From contig NMRA01000015.1 of NCBI GenBank assembly GCA_002633005.1, forward strand, positions 1,595,439 to 1,659,438: 64,000 bases of DNA. The letters are read 5' to 3'. Below, in pieces: positions 52,601-64,000 of this stretch. Source of the stretch: Phoronis australis. Lineage: Eukaryota > Animalia > Phoronida. The notes under the pieces were generated by a model that saw only the letters and a program-made list of their open reading frames with translations, was not told the origin of the DNA and did no database searches. Both the position numbers and the translations under genes were made by a program. Within the stretch, counting starts at the first letter, position 1; every line of letters starts with the position of its first letter.

Positions 52601-55600
52601 AACACGTTAGTTCGATAGTTATTTGTGTAATTTTTTCAGTTTTGATAAATAATAGTATGTTCTTTTGGATAATTGTGCATAAAGCATAATCAGCCGAATT
52701 TTGACATATTTGTTGGGTCTTACCTTACCTTACACGTTTATTTGTCCCTACTGTTTAATCGCACTACCTCAGTCTGCTTCTGGTTATTGATGCAGCTTTA
52801 TTTATGTTTTTGTAGATTACCAAGGGCAGATACCTCACATGCTGTGGAACGACTCTTCCCTGATTTACTACAGAAGACTGGAGATACAGTAAGTCACTTG
52901 TTTGATCAGAACAAGTTTACCTAGTGCGTGGTTACGACTGTCCAACAGTTGTCTTTGCATCTTGTCATATGTGTGTGATGTGCATGACATGTAATTGGTT
53001 TTCTGTTGTATGTCACTTGGGTCTGTCCACCCAAGCTGCTGGACGTATTTAGGTGAGTTACGCTTAACTCAAGGATAACTCGGAGTTTTATATTGCAAAT
53101 AGGGAAAACATCTTTTCTGATGTGTGTGTATTCTCATGTGTCACTTTGCATAATTAGATACCTATGTTTTGTTGTGTTCTTACCCACAAGTTGGACATAA
53201 GTAGCTGTTGATTTCTGATGTTAACATGTAAATCCATGAGTTTTATTTGGACTGGTTGTCATTTAGAGTTAAACACACTTTGGAATTGTATTGTAACTTT
53301 ATTATTTTCATGATCATGTTGTGGACAATTATCAGGCTATTAGTATGTGATTAATTTTTTATATTAGTTCATTAATTTGACTTGTTGTCTTTTGTTCGGC
53401 TGGTTCCATGCCCTCCAAACATGGCTACCTGCTTAAAAGGTATATCTTATTTTGTCTCAATGTCAGTATATGTACTTGTGTACGAAATTATAACTCTGTA
53501 TTCAATGCAGTTCACTCTAATTAGCTTATTGTTAACTTTCACTCCATATTTTGTAGGCTGCACGAACAAGGGAAGAAGCTCGTAATTATGTTGTGAAGAT
53601 GTCCCACTTCCCTGAGATGAAGGTAGGCAGCAATACTGTACAGCAGCAACCTCTGTGATTAACAACAGAACTAATTTTTGCACCTGTGTTTGAATCTGCT
53701 GTGTTTTATGTCAGTCATTGTGAAAGTTGAAAAGTGAATGTTTTTGTTAAAATCCCAGATTGACGTTGGTATAGAAGAGAGTTACATCAAAGGAAAACAA
53801 AACAATTTAGAAAACTGTAACCGTGTTTTTGAGATTTTGTCTTGAACATTTGCATAAAACAAAATTTGGTCATGTCATTTAATACCATTGTTTTGATATT
53901 GACATAACCTTGATGAATTTTATATGACCCAATTGATGAAAAGTCAACAAACCAGTTCTACAGGGTCTCTACTTTAACTGATTAATTTCTGCAGTTTTGC
54001 AAATATTTAGATAAATAAGCTTCTACATGTCATTAATTCATGGTGATCTCTGTATTTTCCTCTCGGTGTGGTCCGGCATATGTTGCCATGTTTTTTCTGT
54101 AAGTCTTGATTATGTCATAGTGCACACGTCCTTAACAATCTCTGGTGTTGTAGGCCACTCAGACGGTGACACATGAAAGTGTGAAGCCATTCAAAGTCAG
54201 CGTACAGGCTCGGCTCGGCATCAGCAGGGTGGAAATTATTGAAGAACTATACAAACAACATGGACTCAAGGACAGGTAGGCTGCCCTTGATATTAAAGTA
54301 CGTGCAGCAAATTATATGTCGCTTTGTTGTCACGATATGCTGTTCAAGTTAAAGTTAAGTCTTTGTTAAAATTCTTTAATTTGGGACAATAATAATAATT
54401 GCTCTAAAATTGCCTTATTTCTATTTTTCAGAGGCTTAGCACATTGTTGCAAATGCTCAAAATTTTAACGAATGTTACTTGTAATAGCTACACAATAAAA
54501 ACCATGCTAAAAGCAAAGTAAATTTTGTACAATGACGCTTGGCTTACCTCAAAATCCAACTGCTGCCTGGTGGTTTGGCATTATGTTGCACACTCAGCAG
54601 AATTAATGAGGAACATAATATGGCAAGATTATACAAATGTTTTAGTTTTAAAAGTCACATTTCTTGTTCGATTTTCAAAATTCAAAACCTAATCACATGT
54701 ATTTTTACAAACTATTTAAATTATGCGATTTAAAAACTTTCAAAAAGGAAAATTTAAAAATACTATTGTCACCCCCAGTGCGTTTATTATGGGTCTGATT
54801 AACTACAGAACAATAATATAAGCAACCGAGGCAATTTTTTTTAACTACAACAGCATGGTGTCTTTGATCAATGCCAGCAAGTTTCATGGTATGCAAACTG
54901 GTCAAAAGTGGGCAACTTGACCGGTGAGGGTGTCAACATAGGATTCTTTTCATGATTATGTGTCCCAAATTGAAGAATTTTTTCCAAACTCAGTCGCTCT
55001 GATTTTGGTCACGGTCACTTTTGCAACAGCTACTGTACTTGTGTCATGGCAAAGATAATTACGATAACTCTCAAAACCTCCTCTACAAGGCTGTTAGCAG
55101 CCAATTTCAAATTCCAGCAAGGATTCGTTGTATTACAGAGTTATGAATCTGATGTAATAAACTTGCTCTGAACTTAGAAAGGTTTACCAGTGTTATTTCA
55201 TAGGTTTTCAAAGAGTTGAGGGATCTTGTAGAGGAGGTTGACATAAAACAAATTTAGTTTCTCTGTAAGATCACATACTCTCTGTGACTGTTCAGCACCA
55301 CCGTTGATGGTCGTTTTCAAATCATTACTGTGTACATGTTTCAGTGGTTTGACTGTTGACAACATGATGAAGTTCTTGACCAATGCTCTACAACACACCA
55401 GTGGCCAGGTGAGGGCCGCTGCAGAGCGGGTAATCATTACCATGTACAAGGACGGCTCACCTGTTAAGAACTATCTACCACCTGATGACGAGAAGACACG
55501 CAAGAGCACCCTCTATAGGCAGCTGTTTGAGGCGTTTGATAAAATTGATGGCAAGCCAACTAAGAATGACCTCAAAGTGAGTACAGCCTGTTTATACTGT

Positions 55601-58600
55601 CTTTTTTCCATTGTTTACTGTACCGGGAGTAGTGGGGGTTGGGGGGCTTAAACACCCTCATTGATAATCACTTTTTCTGTCAAAAATGATTCTTTAGTCC
55701 ATTTTGTCTAATCTAAATGTCAACTTTCTTGCGAATAAAATTGCTGATCTGCCCGTGATCTGCTAGCGCATTCCGATACAATCAACAGTTAGTGTATTTT
55801 TTAAATATCAGTAGCCAGTATCATTTAGATATTCCAAATTTATTCGTCTGCTTGCAGTACGTCTGCTTGTGTTATTGCAGAAGCAGAAGAATGCTGAGAA
55901 AGAGGCTAAACAGAAGGAGATTGAGGCTCTACAAGCACAACTGGCTGAGCTGCGTCAAATGGGGGCAGCAACGGGCAAACCACCGCAGCCAACAAAGGTA
56001 GGAAGACATGTTGTGACGTGGGTTAGGGTCTTGAAGTATGCTAGTAGTTTTAGTTGTGGCAAAAAAACTGTTCAAGCATGGTTTTGGCTACTTCTATGCT
56101 ACATAACCCAGTGGTAGACCTGGGGCTAGATATTCAGAGTCCTTTTTGGAACTGGCTGTGTGAAATTGCCATTTTGTTTTGAGCATAGCAGGATAGCGGG
56201 GCTTCCCTGAACATTTCAATTTGATTACATAAACTGACTGTAAATACCCTGATGGTTAAATAGTGCCATCTTCAGATCTTGCTCTTTCATTGGATTAATG
56301 TTAGTTTGGAATTGAAGTTATGGATTACATGGATTCGTGAAGAATTTTTTTCAGATAAAAAATTAGTGATTGCACTATTTATATTTCAAAGTTACTTTGT
56401 TTGCTTTATTGTGTGATATCGTAACTAAAAACATACACAACCTCTCGTGTCTTACGCCGTTATCTCTAGTGTCTGATGCCTTTGTCTCTAAGATATATTT
56501 TCAAGTTGGTGTGTTTCTCTTGCTTTCTCAGTCGTTTCTGATATCTACACTTTTCATCTTTTGTAGACAGATATACTCGAGTTATGAACCTCTTTACGTA
56601 TAGCCTTGTTGTTTGGTGTTTTGTTGTTGTTTGTAGGCTACATTGCTTGTATGAAACTTGTTTTGTTTGTTACATTAAGTGTATAGTTGTGTGCTGTTCT
56701 CTTGTCTTGGTCTTCGTTAGATTACAGCCGTAATGCTTCTGTCCTGTTCATTATGATCTGCTTGTATCAAGTTAGAGTGGCAGGAATTTAGTGAAATAAA
56801 TATTTACTCTGATCCAGAATTGTTCAGTTTTGATATCTTTTGAGAATTTTAGGAGTAAGCTCGTGTCGGGAGCAGGGGTGCATTGTGTAATGCGAGACTT
56901 GTGCTCTGAGAAGTCTTCACTTGTTTCCCATAAGTCAACATTCTAATCTCGCTGACCAACCACTTCGATGGCGACTATTTTGCTAGTCTATTCTAGTATC
57001 GAGCTTACTCGTGAAACGCTCGCCTTTCAGTCTCATGATTTAGCATGGTCTTACGAGACCTCGCTTTTCTCACAAGAATCGTGGTCTACAGAATGCACCC
57101 TTGGTCTCCTGCTGTGGATGGTCTCGATATGTTGCAGAAGATTAATTGGAAGCTCTAGAATATAAAAGAAAATAACAAACGGTTAAAAAGTTGAATGTCA
57201 GTGGGGAGACATACGCACGTCTTTTAGACAGTGTGTGCTTTTACAGGACGATAGTTGGGAAGACCTATTAGACTTATATGATGTAAGTCATCAATGAACT
57301 ATATTGTTAAATGGCTTCAGGTCAGCCAGTCTTGCTCGTACATCACGTGCACATTCAAACTAAAAATATTTTTTTCTAATGAAAATTTTCTTGTTTGCTG
57401 TAGTTCCTCTTTACACACTACAGTTCCTAAAGAAACACCCTTTTTGTCGCAAACCACTGTGGTGTGTAAGAGGGTAGGTAAAACCTGGGAAAAAAAGAAG
57501 AAAATTCTTAAAACTCCCATGCTGTTTATGAAGGACAAAGACTGGCTATCTTGAACATTGTTCTGGAATTTAGTTATCACTGAGGGAGGGAAATATGGTG
57601 CTAACAACCAAAAAAAAGTTGGACTAGGAAATGTTTCCTGGAACTGATTATTCTCTTCTTATGTGTTATTGTTGTCTGCAGTCATTCCTTCTCTCTGTGT
57701 ATACTTTATGTGCAGTTCACTCATTAAGTTCATTTTGTTTATTTAATTGAATAAGTGATTAGTTCTTTCTACATAATTCGTTCACCAGGATGACAGCTTC
57801 TGTCAGCTACCAAATATCTATCTCAAACAACTAACACTAGGTGGAGCTGGTAAGGTTGTTCCATACTCCAGTAGCTGACTGAACTGTTATGTAATTCTTC
57901 TATCAATTTATACAAAAGTATTACAAATTACTATACAAACTATAATAAGAGAGCCTACTTATCAACATGGTGCTTAGCAACGGAAAATAAAAGAGTTGTA
58001 AACCTGCGTAACTTCCATCATAAAAAACAAGTTTCAATTTTGACCACTCGCCATTTCGAAATTGGTCTCAAGTTCCTCCTTGAAAATCATATTGGAGGAA
58101 ATTTTGTGGCTTTGTAAGAATTGACATTTCGTTATTGCTTATGCTCTACAAGTGGGCTTGTCACGACGTGTCATTTTATGTGCCAAACTCTCCCGACGAA
58201 TTACAAATTGTTAGTTCTTTGCAAACCCTGGACTCACTTCTTATCTGAGCAAGGAACAAATTGTGACCAATTTTATTAACAGTAAATGGTCTAAATCAAA
58301 CATTTGCTTCCTAGGCAAAACACAGGTTTATCGTCGCTTTAAAATGTGTACAGAATTCATGTCAGAGTTGTGTAGAGAGAACTATCCACTGTTCTATCTG
58401 TTGTTATCTTCGTGTGCGCAGGTTGTGTTACATGTTCTCATTCTGTTTGCTTTTGTTCTCTCTCAACGCTTTCTGCACCACTCGCTGCACGGTTTTGACA
58501 CTGTCTAACTACGGCGCTTCTAATAATACTGTCGACTCTTTGCCTGACACTGGCCCTGCTAACCACATGGACACTGACTTTACTAACACCAGCCTGCCCA

Positions 58601-61600
58601 AGGGGATATCAATATACATATCAGTGTTCTACCCAAGGCTGGCAACAAAGACAAGTCACCAAGGAGAGACCCTGGCAAGAAAAAGTCACCACCAAAGATT
58701 GTCACGGCGGAGCCTGACGACGACACGTCCACTGTGTTTAACATTGACAAGTGAGTTTAGTGGATGACACGTCCACTGTGTTTAACATTGACAAGTGAGT
58801 TTAGTGGACAACACATCCACAGTGTTTAACATTGACATGTGAATTCAGTGAATGACACATCCACATTGTTTTACATTGACAAGTGAGTTTAGTGGATGAC
58901 ACATCCACTGTGTTTCATTGACAAGTGAGTTCAGTGGACAACTCATTTGCAGTGTTTAACATTGGCAAATGAGTTTAGTGCATGACACATCCACAGTGTT
59001 TAACATTGACAAGTGAGTTTAGTGGACAACACGTCCGCAGGGTTTAACATTGTCAAGTGAGTTTAGTGGATGACACGTCCAATGTTTAACATTGTCAAGT
59101 GAGTTTAGTGGATGACACGTCCACAGTGTTTAACATTGACAAGTGAGTTCAGTGTACCAACACCAATAGACATTGTAATAAAATTAATTCTAAAATTTGT
59201 AATTTGTTAGTCGAGATAGCACTGGTTGCTAATGTTGTCAATTCTTTTATGTCTGAACAATAAGCAAATCTCTATCTGCGAAATCCAATAGCAACATGGG
59301 AGGGTTATTTGCCACACTCCTGATTTTTTGTTTATAAGCCATAAAGAACTTTCTGGAGATTACACACTCAGTTACATTCTTAACTTGGGCAAACTACCAA
59401 GAAACTAATGCACACAAGGTAGAGTCTTGCCCAGCTTTTTATAGGCTAAGGAGCAACCTACTGTATGGCACTGTTACATGCCTACAACATATAGTGCATG
59501 GCAACAAATGCAAACGTCTGTCCGTTTTCCTAAAGGAGACTGGCAGACTTGAAAACTTTCTTCACGAGGAGCCATAATTGGGGTCTCGTGCTTTTGCTCA
59601 GGTGTTTTGTGCAATGGGACCAACCATGAGGCCTGCGCACGTCTGATGCACTGCAAATGACATCAGACCACCTGCACTGTTTTTTTTTTAATGCTCACAA
59701 GGTCTACTGATTACTGAAGAGACTCAACCATTTTGAAATTCATATTTATTTGGTGAAAGTGATATTATTATTTTCTGGAAGTATGTAATCACTTCCCAAT
59801 TCCATTTTTATGGATCTCCTTTTGTATCCCAAAGCAGAGATTTATAGGAAAATGCCTCTTGGAGCAAAGAAATTCACAACCTCTTTGTCCGTGTCACTGT
59901 TGGTTTGATTTCCTGCCATCTGCTTGTCTGACTCACACTTTTCCACCTAACTGCAACCAGTTTTATTGCTCATCATAAGTTTTGATGATTTGTCATCACC
60001 AAGCTTACAAACGTTCTATGGTGTAGTGATGTTCCACCACTTAATTCACCACAAGACTTCATGCTCTGCCCATAAAAATGTCAATTTGTTTGAAATTGTC
60101 AGACTACTGTATTTGTCCAGGTTATCAGCCATGTTTTGTTAAATGTCCGTAGATTGTTGCAAATTTTAAAATGACTGTTTTCGATTGTATTCCTGTTGGT
60201 GCAAACTTGGAGATTTTTAAATTTCTCAGCTTTAACACTGTTGGTGTGTGAGTATTTATTGTAACAAGTGGTTTATTTGTGTTCGTAGTCAGTGCATATT
60301 CTGTGGTGAAAGATCTGAAGCATTCACTGAAGAAGGGTTGGATATTCATTACTGGAAAAGTTGTCCTATGCTAAAGAGGTGTGCCAACTGTAAACAGGTA
60401 GGGAGGAGAGTCGGTCTTTGAACGTAAAGGTGGCTATAAAACTGCCTTCAGACTCCTAAGAAAATAACTTTTGATTTAGAGTGGTTTCTGCTGTAAAATT
60501 GAATTCAACTAATTCTTGAAGAAATATTTCTGGGTTAGAGAAAAAAGGACAGTGTGTTAGTGGTTTAGACTGTGCATGATTGGCGCATAAAGTGACATGC
60601 TATGACGAGCCAACTTGTCGAGCCTGATCTCAGGCAGTTATGAACTATCACTTCATCCTAAGCCAGAAAATCATCTTAATCTGAGTTAGGATCAAGTCAT
60701 AACCAGATTTATAACAGTAAGTTACCTAAATCAAATTATAGTTTTTTCACGGAAGGTAGGGTAGTACCCGCTTTAATTACTAAACGTCTAAACTAAGTCG
60801 GGAATCAACTTGTCTACTATCAGTGACCCCATTGTCGTTTTGTTGAGATTTCTTGACTGATCATACTAATGCTTGTGACTACTCCGTCCTGTTTCCTCGC
60901 CAGGTTGTTGAGATTGCTGGCTTAACTGAACACCTGTTGACAGAGTGTGAGCAGAAAGACAACTTTGTACAAGACAACCGGTGTTCCGAGGCGATTCCCA
61001 AGGCAGAGTATGACCAACACATCAAGGAGCAGTCATGTAACCGTACGTAATGCGTGCCTGATGCTGCAGCTTTAGTCAGTCGCCTTATGAAAGTCAACTA
61101 ATTTTACAGTTCGTGTAAAATGCAAGTCAAAACAAAGCCTTTAGATGGGTTGTTTAAAGAATAAATTTTGAAAGGATGCTAAAATGTTTGACAATGATAT
61201 TTTTGTCATCTTTTACCAGTAAGAAACGTGGTATTTTAGTTTAATTCAAGGCTCCACTGCATTGTATCATCTGAAGGTTGCAATCACATTGACATTGTCC
61301 AGCACACGCCATCTATTGGTGGTTACTCCTAAATGAATGTCTTTCCACTGTATACTTTTGACCTTGACCTTACTCTATTCTGATGGTGCTTATTGTGAAG
61401 TGAAAATGAAAAGGCAAATCTTGATGTTTGTAGCTTTGACACTTTTGTTGATTTTTACTGACCATCGACATTAGTTGTAAATCAAACTGGATCTTCACTT
61501 AGTAATACTGTATAGCCAAAGAGTTTTCAAAGTTGCAGTCACAGATTTACTGTTGTTTGTCCGTGTAATTGTCTTCTAGCTTGTCTTAAGGTCGTGTACG

Positions 61601-63071
61601 ACGACACCCTAGAAAATGTCCAAATTTCACCAAATTTGGAACATCAAATCTCTAAAATGGCTGATCGGATTCATACGAAACGTTCACTTACTGTTTGATT
61701 TGCTGTTCTCCAAAATGCTATTAGGACTAGTTTTCAAAATGTTCCAGTCTTGTTTGAGGGTCTATCAAAAAATTGGTCTTCATGATTTTCATGAAAAAAA
61801 TGAGTAATTGTATAAAACGAAAAGCAAATAATAGTTTAGACAACTGTGACAGCGTATTTGAGATCTCACCTTGAACATTTATGTCAAATAATTTGATCAT
61901 TCTATTGATACCATTGTTTTGGTATCAATGTATCTTTCTTTTTTGCTAAATTTTACTGAAAAGATATGGCCACATGACCCAGTTTATGGCAGATTAACAA
62001 GTTGTAAAAAGTCCAATTCTACTTTTAGAAAATATATACTTTTATTGACTGTGTTAGATTCTATAATTTTTAGATAATTGGCTTAACACTCAGACCTTTG
62101 AATAAGGTCCTATATGACATATAGTGATGTATTTGGGTGAAAATCTTTAATTGTGCTGTTGAAAATTCCACATTTTGAATGCTGCTGACAATAACATGTT
62201 GTTCTAGCCGCTGACAATGACACCTTGTTGTTCTAGCCACTGACAATAACATCTTGTTTTTGTAGCTGCTGAGCCTGATAAAAATCACTGTCCTATGTGT
62301 CATAAGAACTTCCCTGGAGTTGGTGAGGAAGCATGGAAAACACATTTGATGGGACCCAATGGATGTAAACAGAACCCTCGTCGACTGAATGCATCCAAGG
62401 GTGAGTGCTTAATCCAGTTTCAGGACTAGGGGAGCAGAACAAAATTTATCAATACGATCCAGTTTCGATATTTTCTTATTGATACGTTATTTTATGGGTA
62501 CTTGCAAGAAGTGGGCATGAAAATAAATATGTGCAAAAGTTATTCATACGAAACTGGTTCATTCACCTCACTGGGCAGACTCAAGTTCAGAACAAGACTT
62601 CATAAGCAAATCTGCTGTACTTTTGTCCGATGTACTATGAGACATACCAATATTCTCAAAACTTGCTGAATATCAGCTGCGAAGCCAACTGAAACTGTTG
62701 TAGATTAAGTGTTTTGACCTTCTGCATGTAGCCCAATTTCCCTAGTATATGGCTGACAACAAACCTCATAGTTTCACTATTGGTATTGTATAGGTATTTT
62801 TTATTACTCTCCATATGTACTGTTAATTGAGTTCTGCTGTGTTACCCTATTCGAGATTTGTCTGATGCGTTGATAGGGTGAGGTGTCGACCAATGAAACT
62901 TAAGGTCCGCTGATCATAATTTTCCCACCTAACTGTTGCGATAACATGGAGATTCACCATCGAAAAATTCTTATACTAGTTGTAATTGTCTTTTCAGGTG
63001 CGAGAGGAACCAAGCCCTCTGGGAAGGCTGTCGGCAAGGGGGGTCAAGTGAAAAGGTCACCGAGAAAATAA
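37668..63071 (+). CDS. CEP104: Centrosomal protein 104 (jelly-roll domain, coiled coil, TOG domain, C2HC zinc fingers), ~905 aa
   Basis: Coding exons 37668-37780, 38366-38457, 38983-39064, 40221-40359, 40738-40785, 41722-41777, 42046-42155, 42718-42773, 43170-43325, 44045-44072, 44463-44601, 44881-44946, 46960-47034, 48735-48799, 49725-49807 (duplicate 51356-51438), 51605-51772, 52462-52523, 52816-52888, 53557-53622, 54154-54275, 55345-55576, 55881-55997, 58638-58750, 60289-60397, 60904-61042, 62266-62400, 62998-63071; 2718 nt in frame. Hallmark peptides: RFCLYPQ, FKARELKSVHVDA, YNLYNQV, DYISPLDDLAFDMYQDPEIA, YDERPLPA, CIFCGE..EEGLDIHYWKSCPML, HLLTECE. AATAAA at 63157-63162. The small middle exons are less certain. 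Confidence 0.93.
38477..38547. repeat. 24-bp minisatellite x3
   Basis: tgctgtggtgttaattgaacatgg repeated just downstream of a CEP104 donor. Confidence 0.8.
39641..39935. repeat. 73-bp minisatellite x4
   Basis: GGTACC anchors at 39658, 39731, 39804, 39877; near-identical units. Confidence 0.95.
40971..41475. mobile_element. hAT-like MITE, copy 2 (6-bp TSD ATATAA)
   Basis: TIR CAGGGCTTGAAAT / ATTCCAAGCCCTG; same internal sequence as 12683-13188 (ttccgcggaaacgcggatttccgc, ggaacgtaaattgtcaacattgccggggcatctggg). Confidence 0.85.
46330..46508. mobile_element. Short TIR element (MITE remnant)
   Basis: gccagtttcatgaaacttgtctttagtc ... gactaaaacagtttcatgaaacaaggc inverted arms; related terminus at ~45180. 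Confidence 0.45.
49491..51604. other. Probable assembly artefact: two haplotypes joined at a single N, duplicating a CEP104 exon
   Basis: 49491-~49912 matches 51122-~51543 and 51061-51120 matches 51545-51604, with a few SNPs; the junction is the lone n at 51121. Confidence 0.75.
50415..50700 (+). mobile_element. Old interspersed repeat family (related copies ~53790-53940, ~61810-62090, ~63790-63870)
   Basis: Shared block tttagaaaact...cgttttttgagattt...ttg.acat...aaatttggtcat...ataccattgt. Confidence 0.55.
58722..59153 (+). repeat. 44-bp minisatellite x~10 that begins inside a CEP104 exon and includes its splice donor
   Basis: gacacgtccactgtgtttaacattgacaa|gtgagtttagtggat; the first unit overlaps the end of exon 58638-58750. 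Confidence 0.95.
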
Positions 63072-63196
63072 CGGATAGTCTCTGGTCAACCGCCAATGTA
63101 ATTTATTGTTTGTAAATATGGTAATTGAATTGTGAACTGATTTACGAAGAGGTAAAAATAAACTAAGTATATTTTTCAATGATTCCTTAAAGTAGT

Positions 63197-63310
63197 GTGG
63201 AATCTACTGACCACTACTGGTTCAGTGGAATCTACTGACCACTACTGGTTCAGTGGAATCTACTGACCACTACTGGTTCAGTGGAATCTACTGACCACTA
63301 CTGGTTCAGT
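63197..63310. repeat. 28-bp minisatellite x4 just after the CEP104 polyA signal
   Basis: gtggaatctactgaccactactggttca repeated exactly. Confidence 0.95.
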
Positions 63311-64000
63311 AATGTTTATCTATAGGTCATAACCCTTTTACACATCCTGTTGACTGCTACTCATCATTTAGTGTCCTGTTATTGTTACATACCTTAATTC
63401 ATCATCCTGTACAATGTCTAACACCCAAGACTAACATCTTATTCACCTTATCATTGACCCATTTCATTACAAGTCCCAACATTCATTCCGTCATTGTCTC
63501 AAATGCCACCATTGTAATAAATATCTTACAAAAAACACTGCTGGTTGAACTTTTAAAAAATTTTAAACAAATGAGAGAAACTTGCCTGTACAATTTTCCC
63601 TTTAAAGTTATGTGGGACCCTAAAAAATGTCCAAATTGGTTAATAAATAGCGAATATCCATGCATAGTAAACTTTCACATAGTGTGCTCAATGTGCTGTT
63701 CTTCAAAACGCTGTTGGTTTTAAACCTTTTGCATGAGGAGCCTTCAAAAAGTACGACTTTTATCATTTTCATGAAGGAACTCGTTATGTACATAAAGTGA
63801 AAACAAAATTATACTTTAGAAAATTAAAAAACATTTTTAAGATTTCAACTTGAACATTTATATTAAATGTATTTTTGGGTGTTATAGGGGCTCTTGTTGG
63901 GTCTTTTTGATGAAATTTGCCTTAAAAACATAGCAGATTTGTAAAAAGTTAAAATCATATTCTGTGGGCGTTCCTCCTTCAGAGAATAAATATATACTTT

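Noticed and set aside
58722-59153. CRISPR-like appearance of regularly spaced repeats (also 39641-39935, 63197-63310, 215-2430)
   Set aside because: Units are contiguous tandem copies without unique spacers, there are no cas genes, and the context is eukaryotic introns.

Overview
Intron-rich eukaryotic genomic DNA from an invertebrate animal (deuterostome-like by gene content and intron positions; species not determinable from sequence alone). The ORF track is mostly intronic noise. By manual GT-AG exon chaining I find four spliced genes in two head-to-head pairs. PLOD (lysyl hydroxylase, minus strand, first two exons only) pairs with a G-protein beta subunit (GNB1-4 type, plus strand, 8 coding exons, 340 aa). 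DFFB/CAD (apoptotic nuclease, minus strand, 6 exons) pairs with CEP104 (plus strand, 27 coding exons, about 905 aa). The human orthologue families of all four map to 1p36. Introns carry non-autonomous DNA transposons (hAT-like with 5- and 6-bp TSDs, Harbinger-like, Helentron/HINE-like), minisatellites, one assembly gap and a probable haplotype false duplication. The most unusual signals are (i) a ~140-bp monomer / ~420-bp trimer repeat array at 215-2430 in which nearly every monomer carries a co-oriented CTCF-like motif, and (ii) several tandem repeats in CEP104 that copy real splice sites, including ~10 copies of a 5' splice donor.
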